Source: Rhina ancylostomus
Lineage: Eukaryota
Assembly: GCA_030265395.1 (NCBI GenBank)
Contig: JARFYF010000050.1
Span: 17,667,051-17,731,050, forward strand
Length of the DNA: 64,000 nt
Reading direction: 5' to 3'
Shown here: positions 12,937 through 26,200 of the stretch, in pieces
Numbering within the stretch: position 1 is the first letter of the stretch
Layout of the letters: each line of letters starts with the position of its first letter
Translations under genes and position numbers: made by a program
The notes under the pieces: generated by a model
What the model was told of the DNA's origin: nothing
The model's database searches: none
Seen by the model: the letters and a program-made list of their open reading frames with translations, nothing else

Positions 12937-13401
12937 TCAGGATATTTGCCTCTTAACTTTTCTGCAGAATTTTTGTTTGTAATAGCAGCTGTTTTGTGAT
13001 ATAAAACACCCTGAAATAACATTAACAGTAGCACAACATCCAAAATTCATCTCCAATCTGAATTCTGGCTCCACTGGTATGAAAAAAAATGCCATTGACA
13101 TACAGAACAACCAAGTTTTACTAACCCTTTACCATGAAACCATGCTATTTAAAAAATATTCAAATTGCATTCTTTCTGCTCCTGGACCTCAAAAATGTCC
13201 TCACATGCATGCATAATACTGCCTGTGGAGGTCAAGATCATGGTCACTTTCAGCTTTGTAAATTTGAGATCTTTCTAGGCTGCTGCTAATCTCTGCCACA
13301 TCTTGGAGTTTGCTCCTCACTGCTGCATTAGTGAGATCACCCAAACTCCATGCTATTACAAACAAAAATTCTGCAGAAAAGTTAAGAGGCAAATATCCTG
13401 A
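12937..13401. repeat. Perfect 51-bp inverted repeat, arms 12937-12987 and 13351-13401
   Basis: tcaggatatttgcctcttaacttttctgcagaatttttgtttgtaatagca is the exact reverse complement of tgctattacaaacaaaaattctgcagaaaagttaagaggcaaatatcctga. Confidence 0.95.
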
Positions 13402-16400
13402 CAGAAGACTTCATCTCCTTCAGCTTGCAGGAGCAGAGAGAATGGCCATGGACATTTCCCTATGTTCCAGGCATTCATGGGCGACATTCATATTCTTACA
13501 GAGATCTACTCCCCAGCAGCGAGAAATGCCAAACTGTGGCCTTAGAGGGGTTTCATAGCCTCTTGGCATGATTTTTGAAGGCACTGTTCTTCACAAACCT
13601 GTCTGAGTCTACCTGGCCACTGGAAGCACTCATTCTGCCTCTTCCAGTCACTGTCGCATCCATTTACCTCCTTGTAGCTGGAAGAATGTTGCATGTATTG
13701 CAGTATATCCCTTTTAAGAGCTGGCTACAGAGGTCACTCCTAAAAGCTGCCAGCTGTGAGGATATACAACAGATGAATGGAGAACATTGCGCTGATAATG
13801 GCATGGTTAGTTTCAGCGTGGTGTTGTGTGGGAAACCCTAACAACAATGAGCTGTGAGCCTCACGCTTGATGATGTCTATCTTTGAGATTTCCACAGACA
13901 ATGTGTGGATGATCCACAATGCTTTATTTTAACAATGCTTTATTAAGTTCATTAAAAAGTAGTAAAGCAATTCATTGACCAAATACCTTCACAGAACTGC
14001 TTTAAGTCTAGGAGCAGCATGACCACCTCTCTCAGTTTCAATCTGACCATCCCCACACAAAGACTCTTCCCTTACCTCCAAAATTGAACGTTAAACCTCC
14101 TAACCCTGAGGAAAGTGAATACACCTGGTCATACACAGTGTTCAGAAGTGCTCTTCTGAACTCCAACCCTTTCAATGAAGTTGTCTTCCAAAAGTGTGGG
14201 GTGCATATTGGAGGATAAGGAGAAGAGTTCCACAGCATTTAGTAAAGCTCACATTTCACTACGTTTGCCTCCCTCTACCTTACCCATTCCCTGCTGACAT
14301 AACCCAGCCTTCTCAGTATCCAGGGCACTTTTTAAATTGTTTCCTAAACTGTGGGTTCTCTTTCCTTTCAGAATTGAATCAGAGAGTCTTAAACATGTAT
14401 TTCAGTAAATTGTCATGAAAACTAATGGATGATTGTTAAGGATCATTATTGAAGTGATTATATTCTTCTTTCCCAACTTTGTATTCTCAGAAATCAGATT
14501 AAATCAGACTTAATTAATTAAATCATTCATTTTTAGAAAAACAGATAATTTGCTTGCTTCTCGGAACAGGGGAAATTTTGCCTGCTTGCAGTGGGTTCCA
14601 TGTCACAAATTGCCGGCACTAATTTCAATAGAATGATCCATTATATATCTGTTAATGAGCAAGTCATTTAATTGACATGTTAGTTTAGTGTATTTGCAAT
14701 AATTAGGGCTGTAATTTGTCTTTGTTGTGTGGGCTGCATCAATCCTGTGGAGCCTGAAAGATCATGCAAAATCGATATTCCAAAGAAAAGATTGCAGAAA
14801 ACTCATGACCAAATTTAGAGGAACAATATGGATCAAATACTGTGTTCAGAAATTCTTCAAAAAAAAGTGATTTGTTGAAATCCAAACTAACCTTTTACAG
14901 TGCTGTTAGAATCAAGACCTGGATATACACTACAAAATCTTGCACTGGGCTACTTTCCACACCAAGACAAAATTCAGAAGGGTTCAGAAACCAAGTATGT
15001 ATAGTCAACTGGATTATCACACCATGGGACAAACTGTCCCAATGAAAGCATCACAAAAATGAATTTCTAAAATATGTTATTAAACTCTCAGTCAATTTTC
15101 TTTCAGCATAAAACAATATGACTAAAAAAGATTTAAACCTGTAATGGACAATGTTGGTTAGAGAGAACAGAGAGGATTTCCTACATTTAGTCAAGTTGTG
15201 CAGTTAATCCTTGCGAGTTCATTTGAGTGAATACACAATTCAATTGATTGAGTATCTTATCCAAAATACACCTCCTCTGCTATTCATTACTGTTCTGGCC
15301 ATGTATTCCTGTGCTCGAGTGGGAGATAAATCTCTAACCTTCTGATTATTACCAAATGAGCCAAGTTGCTATTGAAAAAATCTGCATCCAGAGGTTTGAA
15401 TCACTGTATGTTTCTTCAAATCTGTGCATTATTTGTGGATTTCATGTCTTTTTCTACACCAAAGACCTGAGCCTAAAGCCAAATGTCACTCAAGGTGCAC
15501 AGGCCTACTAATGATTGGCATTCGACTCTTCTATTCTTTTCATTAATGATTAATATTGGAGACTATGTGATGCAATTTCTTAAAATTCTCTTGTTCCTTA
15601 TAGTTAAATTATTAAACATCTATTGCAAATATAATTGAGAGTATTGCTGACTGATGTGAAAAAACTTATTGTGCAATGGATGCAATGCAGTTTGTCTCAA
15701 AATAATTAATATTTTTTGCACAAATAAATATTTGATTTGTTTTCCAAGGTATTTAGACAATCAAATATATTATTTAAAAAAACTTGTTCACCAGGGACTC
15801 AAACTTATGTAAAATACAGGGGTGAGTGGGTGTGGGTTAGTGCAGAGAATGACACTTGCAGCTTGGATCAAAAGTTTCTGAATCTAAATGTACTCTTGCC
15901 TTTGAGGTTAAATCCTACCAACATTAACATGGGATACATTGAAATTCAGACCAGCATAAAACCCAGAGGCTTCAATCAATAATTTCAAGTCTTTCAGGTG
16001 AAGGCCAGAATTTGGAAGCAAACCAAAGTTCACTGAAACTTAACTGTATGAAGGGAGCACCTGTCTATAGTCCCAACAATAAGATTTAAACTGGAGAAGA
16101 ACAATTCTTCTTGTGAAGACCATCAATTCAGCATGACTGTCACTAAAAACTAATTTGGGCTTAAAGCCTCCCAATGAAAATCTGTCAATTATGTTAACTG
16201 TTGAGTAATCAAACTGTAAAGTGCATCTAACCAAACATTAAGAATGGTGGCTTCTGGTATTTGGTGCGATTTTTCAATCTCCTTTTATTGAATACTTTAA
16301 GTCATTTGGATATTTTTTGAAATTTATTGAACGTTCAGCCATCATTGTTGTCTGTTGTGTTTGTCTTCAAAAAATATTTATTCAGTCAAAAAACTACATT

Positions 16401-16929
16401 GTTACAAGAAAAAGTTTGTAAATCTCCATTTGACTCTCATATTCTCCAATGGTTCACGTCAGAGTTTAACGTGATACCATTGGTGCATAGTGTGCTACAC
16501 AATGCTGCATCAGACTATACCACACTGAAGAATTTTGTACAGTGTCTGCATGAGACGATGAAAATTCATTTTTATGATTGCCCAGCTCAAATAGGCAAAG
16601 CACAATGCATTTGATCAGTTTTAAGATTATAATGCAGTTCAGAACATTTATTGCATTAAAATGAATCCTCCAAAGCACTGGCATATTATGTTTGGTCCTT
16701 ATGTTTGTATCACGTTATATTCTGATGTGTGTGTGTAAAAGGTAGGTCATCTTTTTGTAGGCTACAGGTTACAAATACAGCCAGATAAATAATATATACT
16801 TGAGGGCACTGAAAAGCCACACTGTAGAACATTGATCTTACCAAGTACCATCGGCTCTGCCAAATTCATTTGTAGAATTGCTATTGTAAGGGGAAGGTGA
16901 ATTGGAGGACGATGATATAAAGTAAAATA

Positions 16930-17250
16930 CCATGAATATTGAGAATCTAAAGTAAAAAAGAAATGACTGGAAATAATCAGAGGATCAGGCAGCATCTGAG
17001 CAAAGGGTTAATGACAACCTTTCAATAGAACTGGATAAAGTTCGAGAAATAATGGGCTTTTCAGATGCAGATAAAAGATGGAGAGTATAGGAGTAACGAA
17101 ACAGTGGTCTGGATAATAGTGGAAGTTAAAAATTAACTGACGATAAGGATGATTCTGCAAAGAAAAAGCAGGTCATAATGGGACAAGTAAAGGAAGAAAA
17201 AATGTGTCAAGAAGATGTGAAAATAGGAACAGCACAATCACCGCAACAGG
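16930..17250 (-). mobile_element. Old Penelope-like terminal repeat/3' UTR remnant
   Basis: gaatattgagaatctaaag..ctggaaataatcagaggatcaggcagcatctg resembles the pLTR arm seen at 31640 and 56060, and is followed by a purine-rich tract. Confidence 0.45.
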
Positions 17251-17675
17251 GCTTGCAGTGAACAGTGACTTTTTCATTCACCATGGACTTGGAAAAGAAT
17301 GTGGTCTTAACTGATGAGATCATCCCCATGGGAACTTGTGGGGGAAACCAGGTCTGATCTTTTGCAATGAAAGCTGCACTTTACAGGAGCTCAGGATATA
17401 AAAGAAACAACATCAATGGTTTCCAAAGCAAGCCCAGTTTACAAAAAGAGGGGAATAAAATTGACAGCTGGTTAAGGCGTGACTATGAACTTTGCCAGAA
17501 TTGTCAAAGACAAAATATTTCTGAGTATTTCAGCTGTTTAAAAACTAGTAAAAACTACAAAGCACTTGTAAATATACTAAACTACTTGAAAATATCCAAA
17601 TTACAAATAGACTTATTTGCAGTTGTTCACTTCCATTCAGATCAATGATGAAACACTCCCTATGTAGGATCTTAG

Positions 17676-17858
17676 ATATTATATCTTTTTTATTAGTTAC
17701 ATGTACATTGAAACACACAGTGAAATGCATCTTCGTGTAGAGTGTTCTGTGGGTAGCCTGCAAGTGTCGCTATGCTTCCGGCGCCAACATAGCATGCCCA
17801 CAACTTCCTAACCCATACATCTTTGGAATGTGGGAGGAAACTGGAGCACCTGGAGGAA
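17676..17858 (-). mobile_element. V-SINE with Rex1-type tail (runs into gap)
   Basis: Reverse complement of the body and tail of the SINE at 37057-37345. Confidence 0.85.
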
Positions 17859-18479
17859 NNNNNNNNNNNNNNNNNNNNNNNNNNNNNNNNNNNNNNNNNN
17901 NNNNNNNNNNNNNNNNNNNNNNNNNNNNNNNNNNNNNNNNNNNNNNNNNNNNNNNNNNAATGTACTTTTCAATTGGAAGCAATGAACATATCTGAGATTT
18001 ACTTTAAAAAGAAAATGTAAGTTAGGGTATTTACAGACAAAATTCTCTGTTGCAATCAGTGACATTATTTTGTTCCAATCCAATTTGAACATAATATTTC
18101 ATCGTTCTGCAACACCTGCATTTCAGTAATGGATAAAGTCATGTGGCAACTAACACATTCATACTGCAGAAATGATGAGCTCAACGTTGCCTCATTGAAC
18201 AGAAGGAAGTACCTTCTGAAAAGATGCCTGTCAAATAAATCAGAGTGATATCTTGCCCAGCTGAGGGAGTATTAAAGCCAGAGAAAGTCCTTTCTGTAAA
18301 TTGTACCCCATCTGATATAAATTGGCAATTATTTCCTGTAAAGCAGAAGAATTGTTTAAAACTAGCAAGTTTGACTTCATCCTGGATAAAAGGAATGAGA
18401 AAGGTAGTGGCGATTGTCAAGTTGAATCGTTTTCCTTAAGTTGTATCTGTTAAAGTAATATGATGTTCTGTTTTCATTT

Positions 18480-19250
18480 TTTTTGAATTATTCATTTATG
18501 GGATGAGGGCTTTGCTGACATGGCCAGCATTTATTGCCCATTCCTGATGTGCTTGAGAAAGTGGTGAAAATACATTTATTCTGGTGGAAGTGGTTGCACA
18601 AGGCTATAGGGTAGAGAATTGCAAGATTTAGATGCAGTGACAATGAAGGAATAGCAATAAATTTCCAATTTAGAATGGTGTGTGACCTGGAGGGGAATCT
18701 ACAGTTGGTGATGTCCCCGTGCACCTGTCCTTCTCGGTGGTAGAGTTTGCAAGTTTGGAGATGTCATTGGTGTAGACTAGTTGAGCCAGTCCAAAGTCTT
18801 TTGTACATAGTGCAGCAATGGGGAATGCAGAAATTAGGTAGGCTGGTGGGGAACCAGTCAAGTGGGCTGCTTTTTCCTGGATGCTGACAAGCTTATTGTT
18901 GGAACTATTTCATCAACACAAGTGGAGACTTGATCATCACACTTCTGACTAGTGCTTTTTTATAGGTGGGAAGGCTTTGGAGAGTCAGGAGGGAAGTCGC
19001 TCACCATGGAATACCCAGCCTACAATTCTTAGGTCCTGAAGTTTGTCGCAAGTGGTGACCCACAAGACATTGCTGGTGGGGGACCCAGCGATGGTAATGC
19101 CATTGAATGGTTCGATCCTGTCATGTTGGAAACTATCATTGCCTGACATATATGTGGCCCGAATGTTACTTGCCACTTATCAGCCTATGCCTGAATGCTG
19201 TCTTGCTGTTGTTGCATGCAGGTATAGATTACATTATTTTCTGAACGGTT
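18480..19250 (-). mobile_element. Old CR1/L2-group LINE 3' fragment (clade uncertain)
   Basis: The minus strand ends ..gggcaataaatgctggccatgtcagcaaagccctcatcccataaatgaataa plus an A tract. Upstream SIQEKAAHLTG and NCRFPSRSHTILNWK resemble RT C-terminal motifs. Confidence 0.6.
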
Positions 19251-20049
19251 GCAATTGTCCAATTGGACACCTGCATGGATAATATTTAACATATCATAAT
19301 TCTGTTACTAAATTAAAAATACCATCTTGAATTTAAAAGCACTGCAGTTTTGAACCTCAGGATGATTTGAAGTTTTTATCGTGAAAATGGTATTTACAAG
19401 TCCTAATCCCATTATTTTTAATGACACTCCTACTTAAATTAAATTGTATTGCACCAATCAACTTTCTGTTGCATTAAAATACTGAAGCTTGAAAACTATA
19501 AATGCTAACTTGTGCTGGGTCACTCAAAAGACCAGCAATGCTTCAATTTAAAAATTTTTGTCTTTAGATCTTTGAATGGTTTTGCCTCTGCTTGTCTCTG
19601 TAACATCCCAAACCTCTCAACGTAGAGAAAGACCTGGAGTGGTGGCAGGGACAGTGTTAGCAAGAATCAGCACTTCAGTCAGGAGTCACTTCAGCTAGGG
19701 GATTAAAGCTTTGAAGATGGGCCTTCAGTGTCAAAGGATCATATTTGTAATTGCCTGTCAGGGGTGTGGTCAGATGTGTGATTGGGCCAGGTTCAGAGTA
19801 GTGAGGGTCTTGAAGGAGAGCCCATGTAAAGCAGGGTTGTTGAGAACAGTATAGGAGTGGGACAGAGAGGTAAGTAGATAACCTAAAGGGGTCCCACCTG
19901 TCACTGGACCCAAACAACAGTCCAGGCTGGTCCCTCTCGTCTTCAATGAAAGTGGCCTCTCATGCCACCTTTTTCTCCACCCCTGGTTCGGCTTCATTTC
20001 TGTGTCATTTGCACGGTCAGAAGAATTGCCAATGTAGAACATACACTGT

Positions 20050-21720
20050 TGGCATCCCCTGACCTGCCCCTGTCTGAGGCTAAGCGGTCTGTTCTCAGCA
20101 AAGGCTTCATCTTCATACCTCTATGTCCCCATCTCAACAAATTTCAAGGCCAGCACGATTCCAAGTTCTTCTTTGGTAAGGAGTCCTCTCCCCTTCTTGT
20201 GACCTGTTCTCCCGACTCCAGCCCTCTTCTTCCACCCAGACTCCCCCACCAGGCTTGTTACCTTCCCTGGACCAATTCATAGCCAACTGTCGCTGCAACA
20301 TCAGCCGTCTTGATTTTTGTCAAGATGATGTTCCCTTCACCTACTCCAATGTCAACCCTTTTGAACGCTCTGCTCTCCACTCCCTCCACACAAACCCTGA
20401 CATTGTCATCAAACCAGCCGACAACGGTGGTGGCTTGGTAGTCTGGCNNNNNNNNNNNNNNNNNNNNNNNNNNNNNNNNNNNNNNNNNNNNNNNNNNNNN
20501 NNNNNNNNNNNNNNNNNNNNNNNNNNNNNNNNNNNNNNNNNNNNNNNNNNNNNNNNNNNNNNNNNNNNNNNNNNNNNNNNNNNNNNNNNNNNNNNNNNNN
20601 NNNNNNNNNNNNNNNNNNNNNNNNNNNNNNNNNNNNNNNNNNNNNNNNNNNNNNNNNNNNNNNNNNNNNNNNNNNNNNNNNNNNNNNNNNNNNNNNNNNN
20701 NNNNNNNNNNNNNNNNNNNNNNNNNNNNNNNNNNNNNNNNNNNNNNNNNNNNNNNNNNNNNNNNNNNNNNNNNNNNNNNNNNNNNNNNNNNNNNNNNNNN
20801 NNNNNNNNNNNNNNNNNNNNNNNNNNNNNNNNNNNNNNNNNNNAGACACATCATTCTCCACCACTTCTGCCATCTCCAGTGGGATCCCACCACCAAGCAT
20901 ATCTTCCCCTCCCCACCCCTTTCTGCCTTTTGCAGGGACTACTCCCTCCCAACCCATTCCACTTCCACCCTGGGGACTTCCCACTGTCCCTGCCACAGGT
21001 GCAACACCTGCCCCTACATCACCTCCATCCAGGGACCCAAACAGTCCTTTCATGTGAGACAGAGATTCACCTGCACCTCCCTTAATATCATCTATGGCAT
21101 TCGGTACTCTCCCCTACATTGGCAAGACCAAACGAAGACTAGGTGACCATTTCCCAGAACACCTTCACTCCGTCCGTAACCGTGATCTGCATCTGCCTGT
21201 TGCCACACTTCAACTCCCCCTCCCACTCCATCACTGATATGTCAGTTCTCGGCCTCCTCCACTGCCAGGAGAACTCCAAGTACAAACTGGAGGAAGAGCA
21301 CCTCATTTTCCATCTTGGAACCTTGCAGCCGAACAGCATGAACATTGAATCCTCCCACTTTCAGTAATCCCCATAACACCACTCCCCCAACCATGCCTCT
21401 TCTCTTCCCTTTCGTAGCCTCTATCTCTTTATTCTACCCACTTTTTTTTACCCCTTACCTTTGACCCATCCCCCGGTGGACTTGCTCTCCCCTCCTCCCC
21501 TGTATCTGCCTGTCACTATCTCTAACCTGCATCTACTTATCACCACCTTGTGTCCACCCCACCTCCCCTCTTCTGTCCACCTGTCACTGCTCTGCTTTTT
21601 CTTCCAATTTATTGGGCTTCCCCAATCCTGAAGAGTCCTGACCCAAATTGTTGACCCCTGCTTTTCTCCATGGATGCTGACTGGCCTGCTGAGTTCCTGC
21701 AGCATCATAGTGTTTTTCAT
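20050..21720 (+). mobile_element. Penelope-like element, degraded: RT N-terminus, GIY-YIG endonuclease and 3' pLTR
   Basis: PDLPLSEAKRSVLSKG and ERSALHSLHTNPDIVIKPADNGGGLVVW (the DKG motif region). After the gap, FTCTSLNIIYGI..YIGKTKRRLGDHF.EH..HFNSPSHS..KLEEEHLIFHLGTLQPNSMN (GIY-YIG). Then a pyrimidine-rich UTR and a pLTR at about 21620-21720. Confidence 0.92.
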
Positions 21721-22654
21721 CACACACAGAGTAAGCATCATTTGTGCACAGAGGAAGAGGAAGCAACTCACCAGCCTTCATGTCCTATGCAATCAGACCC
21801 AAGCATATTTAGCAATTGCATCTAAGATAAAAGTCTTTGTGTTGTGCGCCACAGGATCGAACTTCTGTCTGTTTCCTCTGAGTCAGGTATGAAAACTCTT
21901 AAATATAAAATCAGTTACATAGATTATACTCTCAAAAACAGGATACCCTTAGAAGATACTAATGATGATGCAAGTGCTATGGGAGAACTGCTCTTAGAAT
22001 TTTTGCAGGTGATCAACCCCACATCTACCCACTTTCATATTATATTAGTCTGGTATTCATTGCTCATTTAACGAGCCAGCACCAACACATTGTCCTCATG
22101 TCTTTCTTCTGGCAAATTGAGTTTGCCATCTATGAGCTAAAAATCATGCCTCTTGCTCTGCTTTAAGCTTGGGTATATGCCAAACTATACCTGCTCAGCA
22201 TCCCAAAGAGTGCGTGTAAGTTCTGCAGTGGGTGCAAAGAAATAACAAGCTGTCTAGCCTTATTACATACAGAAGAAAGATAAATATATATTTGTGAAAT
22301 TGATAGATTTACTTGCTAGAAGGTCAGATCAGCACTAGAAAAAGGAAACTTGTGTGACAACAGTGAGTGCTAGCACTGTGAGGGCCCTTTGAAGATTTGC
22401 AATGTCTTTGCAGCAAATTTCTGAAGAAGTTGTCTTTCTTCAAATTGGAGAACTGAACTGAAAATGATTTGTTTAAAGCAATCTCTCCAGCTAGTTTTGT
22501 CAACAGATCCTCTTGCTTGTGGTCATGAGAGGAGAGTGGAGATCTGCACAAATTATCTTGCTGTCATCATATACTAATCCATTCATTCCAGCAGCTTGTT
22601 CCATTTGTTTAATACTGCATGTGATTCAGGTAAGAAACCGGGTTAACAAGGAAG

Positions 22655-23220
22655 TGCAAATGAGACACAAAGTTTGAAGGGTATAAATTGTTTGGGAAAG
22701 ATTTGTATAGGCAATTGGGAGAGGTGGTGAATTATTTATGAAGGAAAACAAGGTTACAGGAAAGTAGTGCTCAGAGGAGTTGGGGAATTAAATCATCTGA
22801 GCTCGAGCTATCAGATAAAATTGAGAAGAAATCATTGGTAGGGACTTGCTATAGGTTGTCAGAATAAACAACAGAGGTCACCCAGTTATTTCACAGCAAA
22901 TTAAGGAAAAGGTTCATTTAAAAAATGTCACAGCAATGGATAAGTTGATCTACCCACATATAAATGAAGGTTTGCTGATGAGATAGTAAAAAGAGTCAAG
23001 AGCTTTTGAATGTGACAGGGAGGGAACAAGAAAATAGGTGTCTCAATTAATCCTAACACTGGGGCTACAGCGTCAGAATTAAGGAGAGTAAACAATCAAG
23101 GAATGGTGAGCAAAGTAAGAAGTTTCAAGATCAAGGATTCTCAAAGGTTGCTTGACAGATATTAAAACAGTGTGAAAAAGATTTGAAACATTGAAGGAGA
23201 TCTAAAAGGTGTTACACAAT
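22655..23220 (+). mobile_element. Very old CR1 endonuclease-region remnant
   Basis: gggtataaattgtttgggaaagat..gggagaggtggtg resembles GYxLFRKDR..GGGV. The block is purine-rich and heavily decayed. Confidence 0.4.
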
Positions 23221-26200
23221 TCTAGTTAATGGGATTAAAAAAAGCATATTTGAACAAAGCTATTAATTCTCTCTCTATTTTTTGTTGTCTACTATTAATA
23301 TTGCTTTCCTATTTCCTCCTCATCTTGGCACCCAGATATATCACTTTCCACTTCAGCCCTCTCATGTATTTGCTTCCATAATCTTTATTACACCTGCCTA
23401 TCCCCTCTGGCTTCCTAAATATATGTTGCCATCCTACCTTGAAATGTTTTTGACCTGCCATTGCTTCTCTCTTAAAGTTTTGTGAATTGCCAATCAAACC
23501 ACAATGCAAACAAAAAGTCTGGTTACTGGCTTCTTTAAGCAGAGTGTTTGCTACCTTACTAAACTACTTTTCCACCAAACTCCTCACCTCGTACACTGCT
23601 GTTCGCCTTTGGTTTTGTCAGTATTCATCACCTGATAATGTCTTGCCACTCACTAAAGCTTAGTGATAACTTCCAACTAATCAAAACTACCATGGTGCTA
23701 ATGGTACCATGTCACGTTAGCCTCAGCCCTCACTCCTCTCAATACGTCCTATGCCACTGTCTGAAATTTCTGCTGAACCTACCAATTTTCTGTCCAGTGC
23801 ACTTACCCTTTTCTTCAGTGTTTGCACTGATTTCAATTTCCAATTCAAAGTCCCTTCCTCGTGCTCCTTCACGAACCTTACTGAAGTCTTCTTTCCAAAA
23901 GAGATCTCATGCTCATTTGCATGACCACATTCTCAAAATCAGTCCCTCTATCCCTGTAGTCTTGATCAAAAACAGGCCCATTTTTGACCATTTCCTGCAG
24001 TTCTCCATCACCAATGTCATTATGTCCATTCTTTACTCCATTTCCCCTTCCCCTAGTCCATCCCAGAGAAAAATTCTCCCCAAGCACAATTTATTGAGCT
24101 CCTAAGCTTCTGTTTGTCTTGATAATCTGCAGTTGTCAATTTGTTCGGCAAATTTATTTTGATTCACATTTTCCAAACAAAACCTTCATTAATTCTCATC
24201 CTGGCCATTCCACCAGTACAGCTGCCGTGCTCATTTATGGCATGCAACTGGCATTGCCATTCATCACCAAAATTCTGATGAGATCCCATCAACCTACAAT
24301 GAGTTTCACAATACCCTGCTGAAACAACCTAAGATCAAACCAATGCACATTCAGAAATTTTCTGTAAACCCTGTTGCAATTGTGAGCCATATATTTGTTG
24401 GGTATTACATCTGCCACTTAAGTAATGATGAATTTGTACCCCAAAGCACTTCAAGCCACTGCATGTCGCAGGTTTATTTTGAGGTCTTTTCTGAATTGCT
24501 GGTCTTTTGACACAATCATTTTCTTTGAAATTGCTGTCCAGCTGTGGCTGTTTTCTGAGCTTGATATATATTGAACTGGAAAGTTTGATCACATCAACAA
24601 ATGGTAGGCTTTCATTAGTTATCAATGGTTTTAGTATGTTCTTAAGTTTTGACAAAATGCATCATTTTAATGATGCTGCTGCAATCCTTTGTTCATAAGT
24701 CATAACTAAATTACTTTAAATGCAAAAGAAATCTGTTAATTTAAAAATGAAAAGTTCATCATGTATATCTGAACATTTCTAATGAAAAGTCAAACATGAG
24801 CTTTTCAAATTAGAGTCATTGGTTTGAAAGTGGGAAAGGAAAATGATCAGGACACAACTTGATGAACGAGTGGATTAGTAATTCTACATTTTAAATGACT
24901 ACCTAAATGATGTGTTAATTACCCACTTGGCAGACTTGTTTAACCTAGAGTAGAGGTGATTTATTAGGTAGGACAATGCAACGATATGCTGGGGTCTATT
25001 ATTTTTTGTCTGTCTGAGCATGGACGTGACAATACTTTAAATGGCATTTGATGAAAAGAGCATAATTTCCACTAATGAGCATCTTCTTTGATAACTGACA
25101 GCTATAACAAGTTACAAATAACTGAATACATTTTTAATTTTATTGAGCCAGGCAAAGATATGGAATTTCTGCCTTTTTCCTCTCCTGAGCTTTAGAACAC
25201 ACTATGTTTTTTTCTCTTTTCACATCACTTTCTCCCTTCTCTGTCCAAGGCGTCAATTCCTTCCAGAACCATGATTCCACAGCCAATCCTGTATTTCAAG
25301 CAAATACTCTTAATTCATTTACAAGCCTTGCTGGTACACTGGAGACATTGTTATAAGGCTTGAATTTGTCTTCATTCAATCTATGCATAATCTTCCGACA
25401 GGAAGCACTCATTCAAATGAAGAATATTGTTTCATTTCTTGTAACCAGGCACTGAGACACCCTAGCTAGGTTTGGTTAACTCAACACAAAACAGGGTTCA
25501 GACCATGGATTGCATGGCTTAGTTGATTCCTGGATAAATCCTTGGATCATTGAAGGACTTCTTGAAGCATTCTTGAAATGGATTAAATTTTCTATCAAAT
25601 ATAGAATAATAGAAATATAATTTCACTTCCTCTGTGTGAATTTTCAAGCATTTAGACATGAATGTGGAATGTGATTTCTATCAAGTTGACTTCATTGATG
25701 TTTCTGTTTCCTGAAATGTCCTTGGCCCTTCTCAGAAAGAGACAGGAATTGGTAGAAAGCAAAATCAATTTTGCTTTGAAGTTAAAAAAAATCTCTCTTC
25801 TGACATCTGCCTCTTTATCCCAGTCTGTCTCTTTGTATGTGTCGCCATCTACTTATTTTTTCATGTATCCTGCTCTCTCAAATGTTCAAGATGCTAATAT
25901 TATGTACAGATGGTGAATAGTTTATGAGCAGCAAATATGTCATTATTAATGGCAGTGGTGGCTTTAAAATGAATCTTTTGATAGCTCAAGTCTCTACTAG
26001 CTTTTTTTTACAGCTGTACCTTTTAAGTTATCCATAGACATCAGAATTGCAAAATTTGATTACTTCAAATATCATCTCTAGCAATCCTGTATTGAATGAT
26101 TGTTGTGTGCAGATAGTATGTAAAATTCTGTCTTTAAATTCTTGGCAATGTTACTCTTTAATACTACAACTGGATAGATAGTGACACTCTTGTTCTCATT

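Noticed and set aside
13600-13635. STWPLEA resembling SDK2 exon 2 (GSWPLEFKW)
   Set aside because: The flanking residues do not match an Ig domain, and there is no upstream Cys or suitable splice sites.
21628-21650. Active hammerhead ribozyme call
   Set aside because: CUGAAGA is present but the GAAA box reads CAAA, and the other copies lack an intact CUGANGA. Not annotated as a functional ncRNA.
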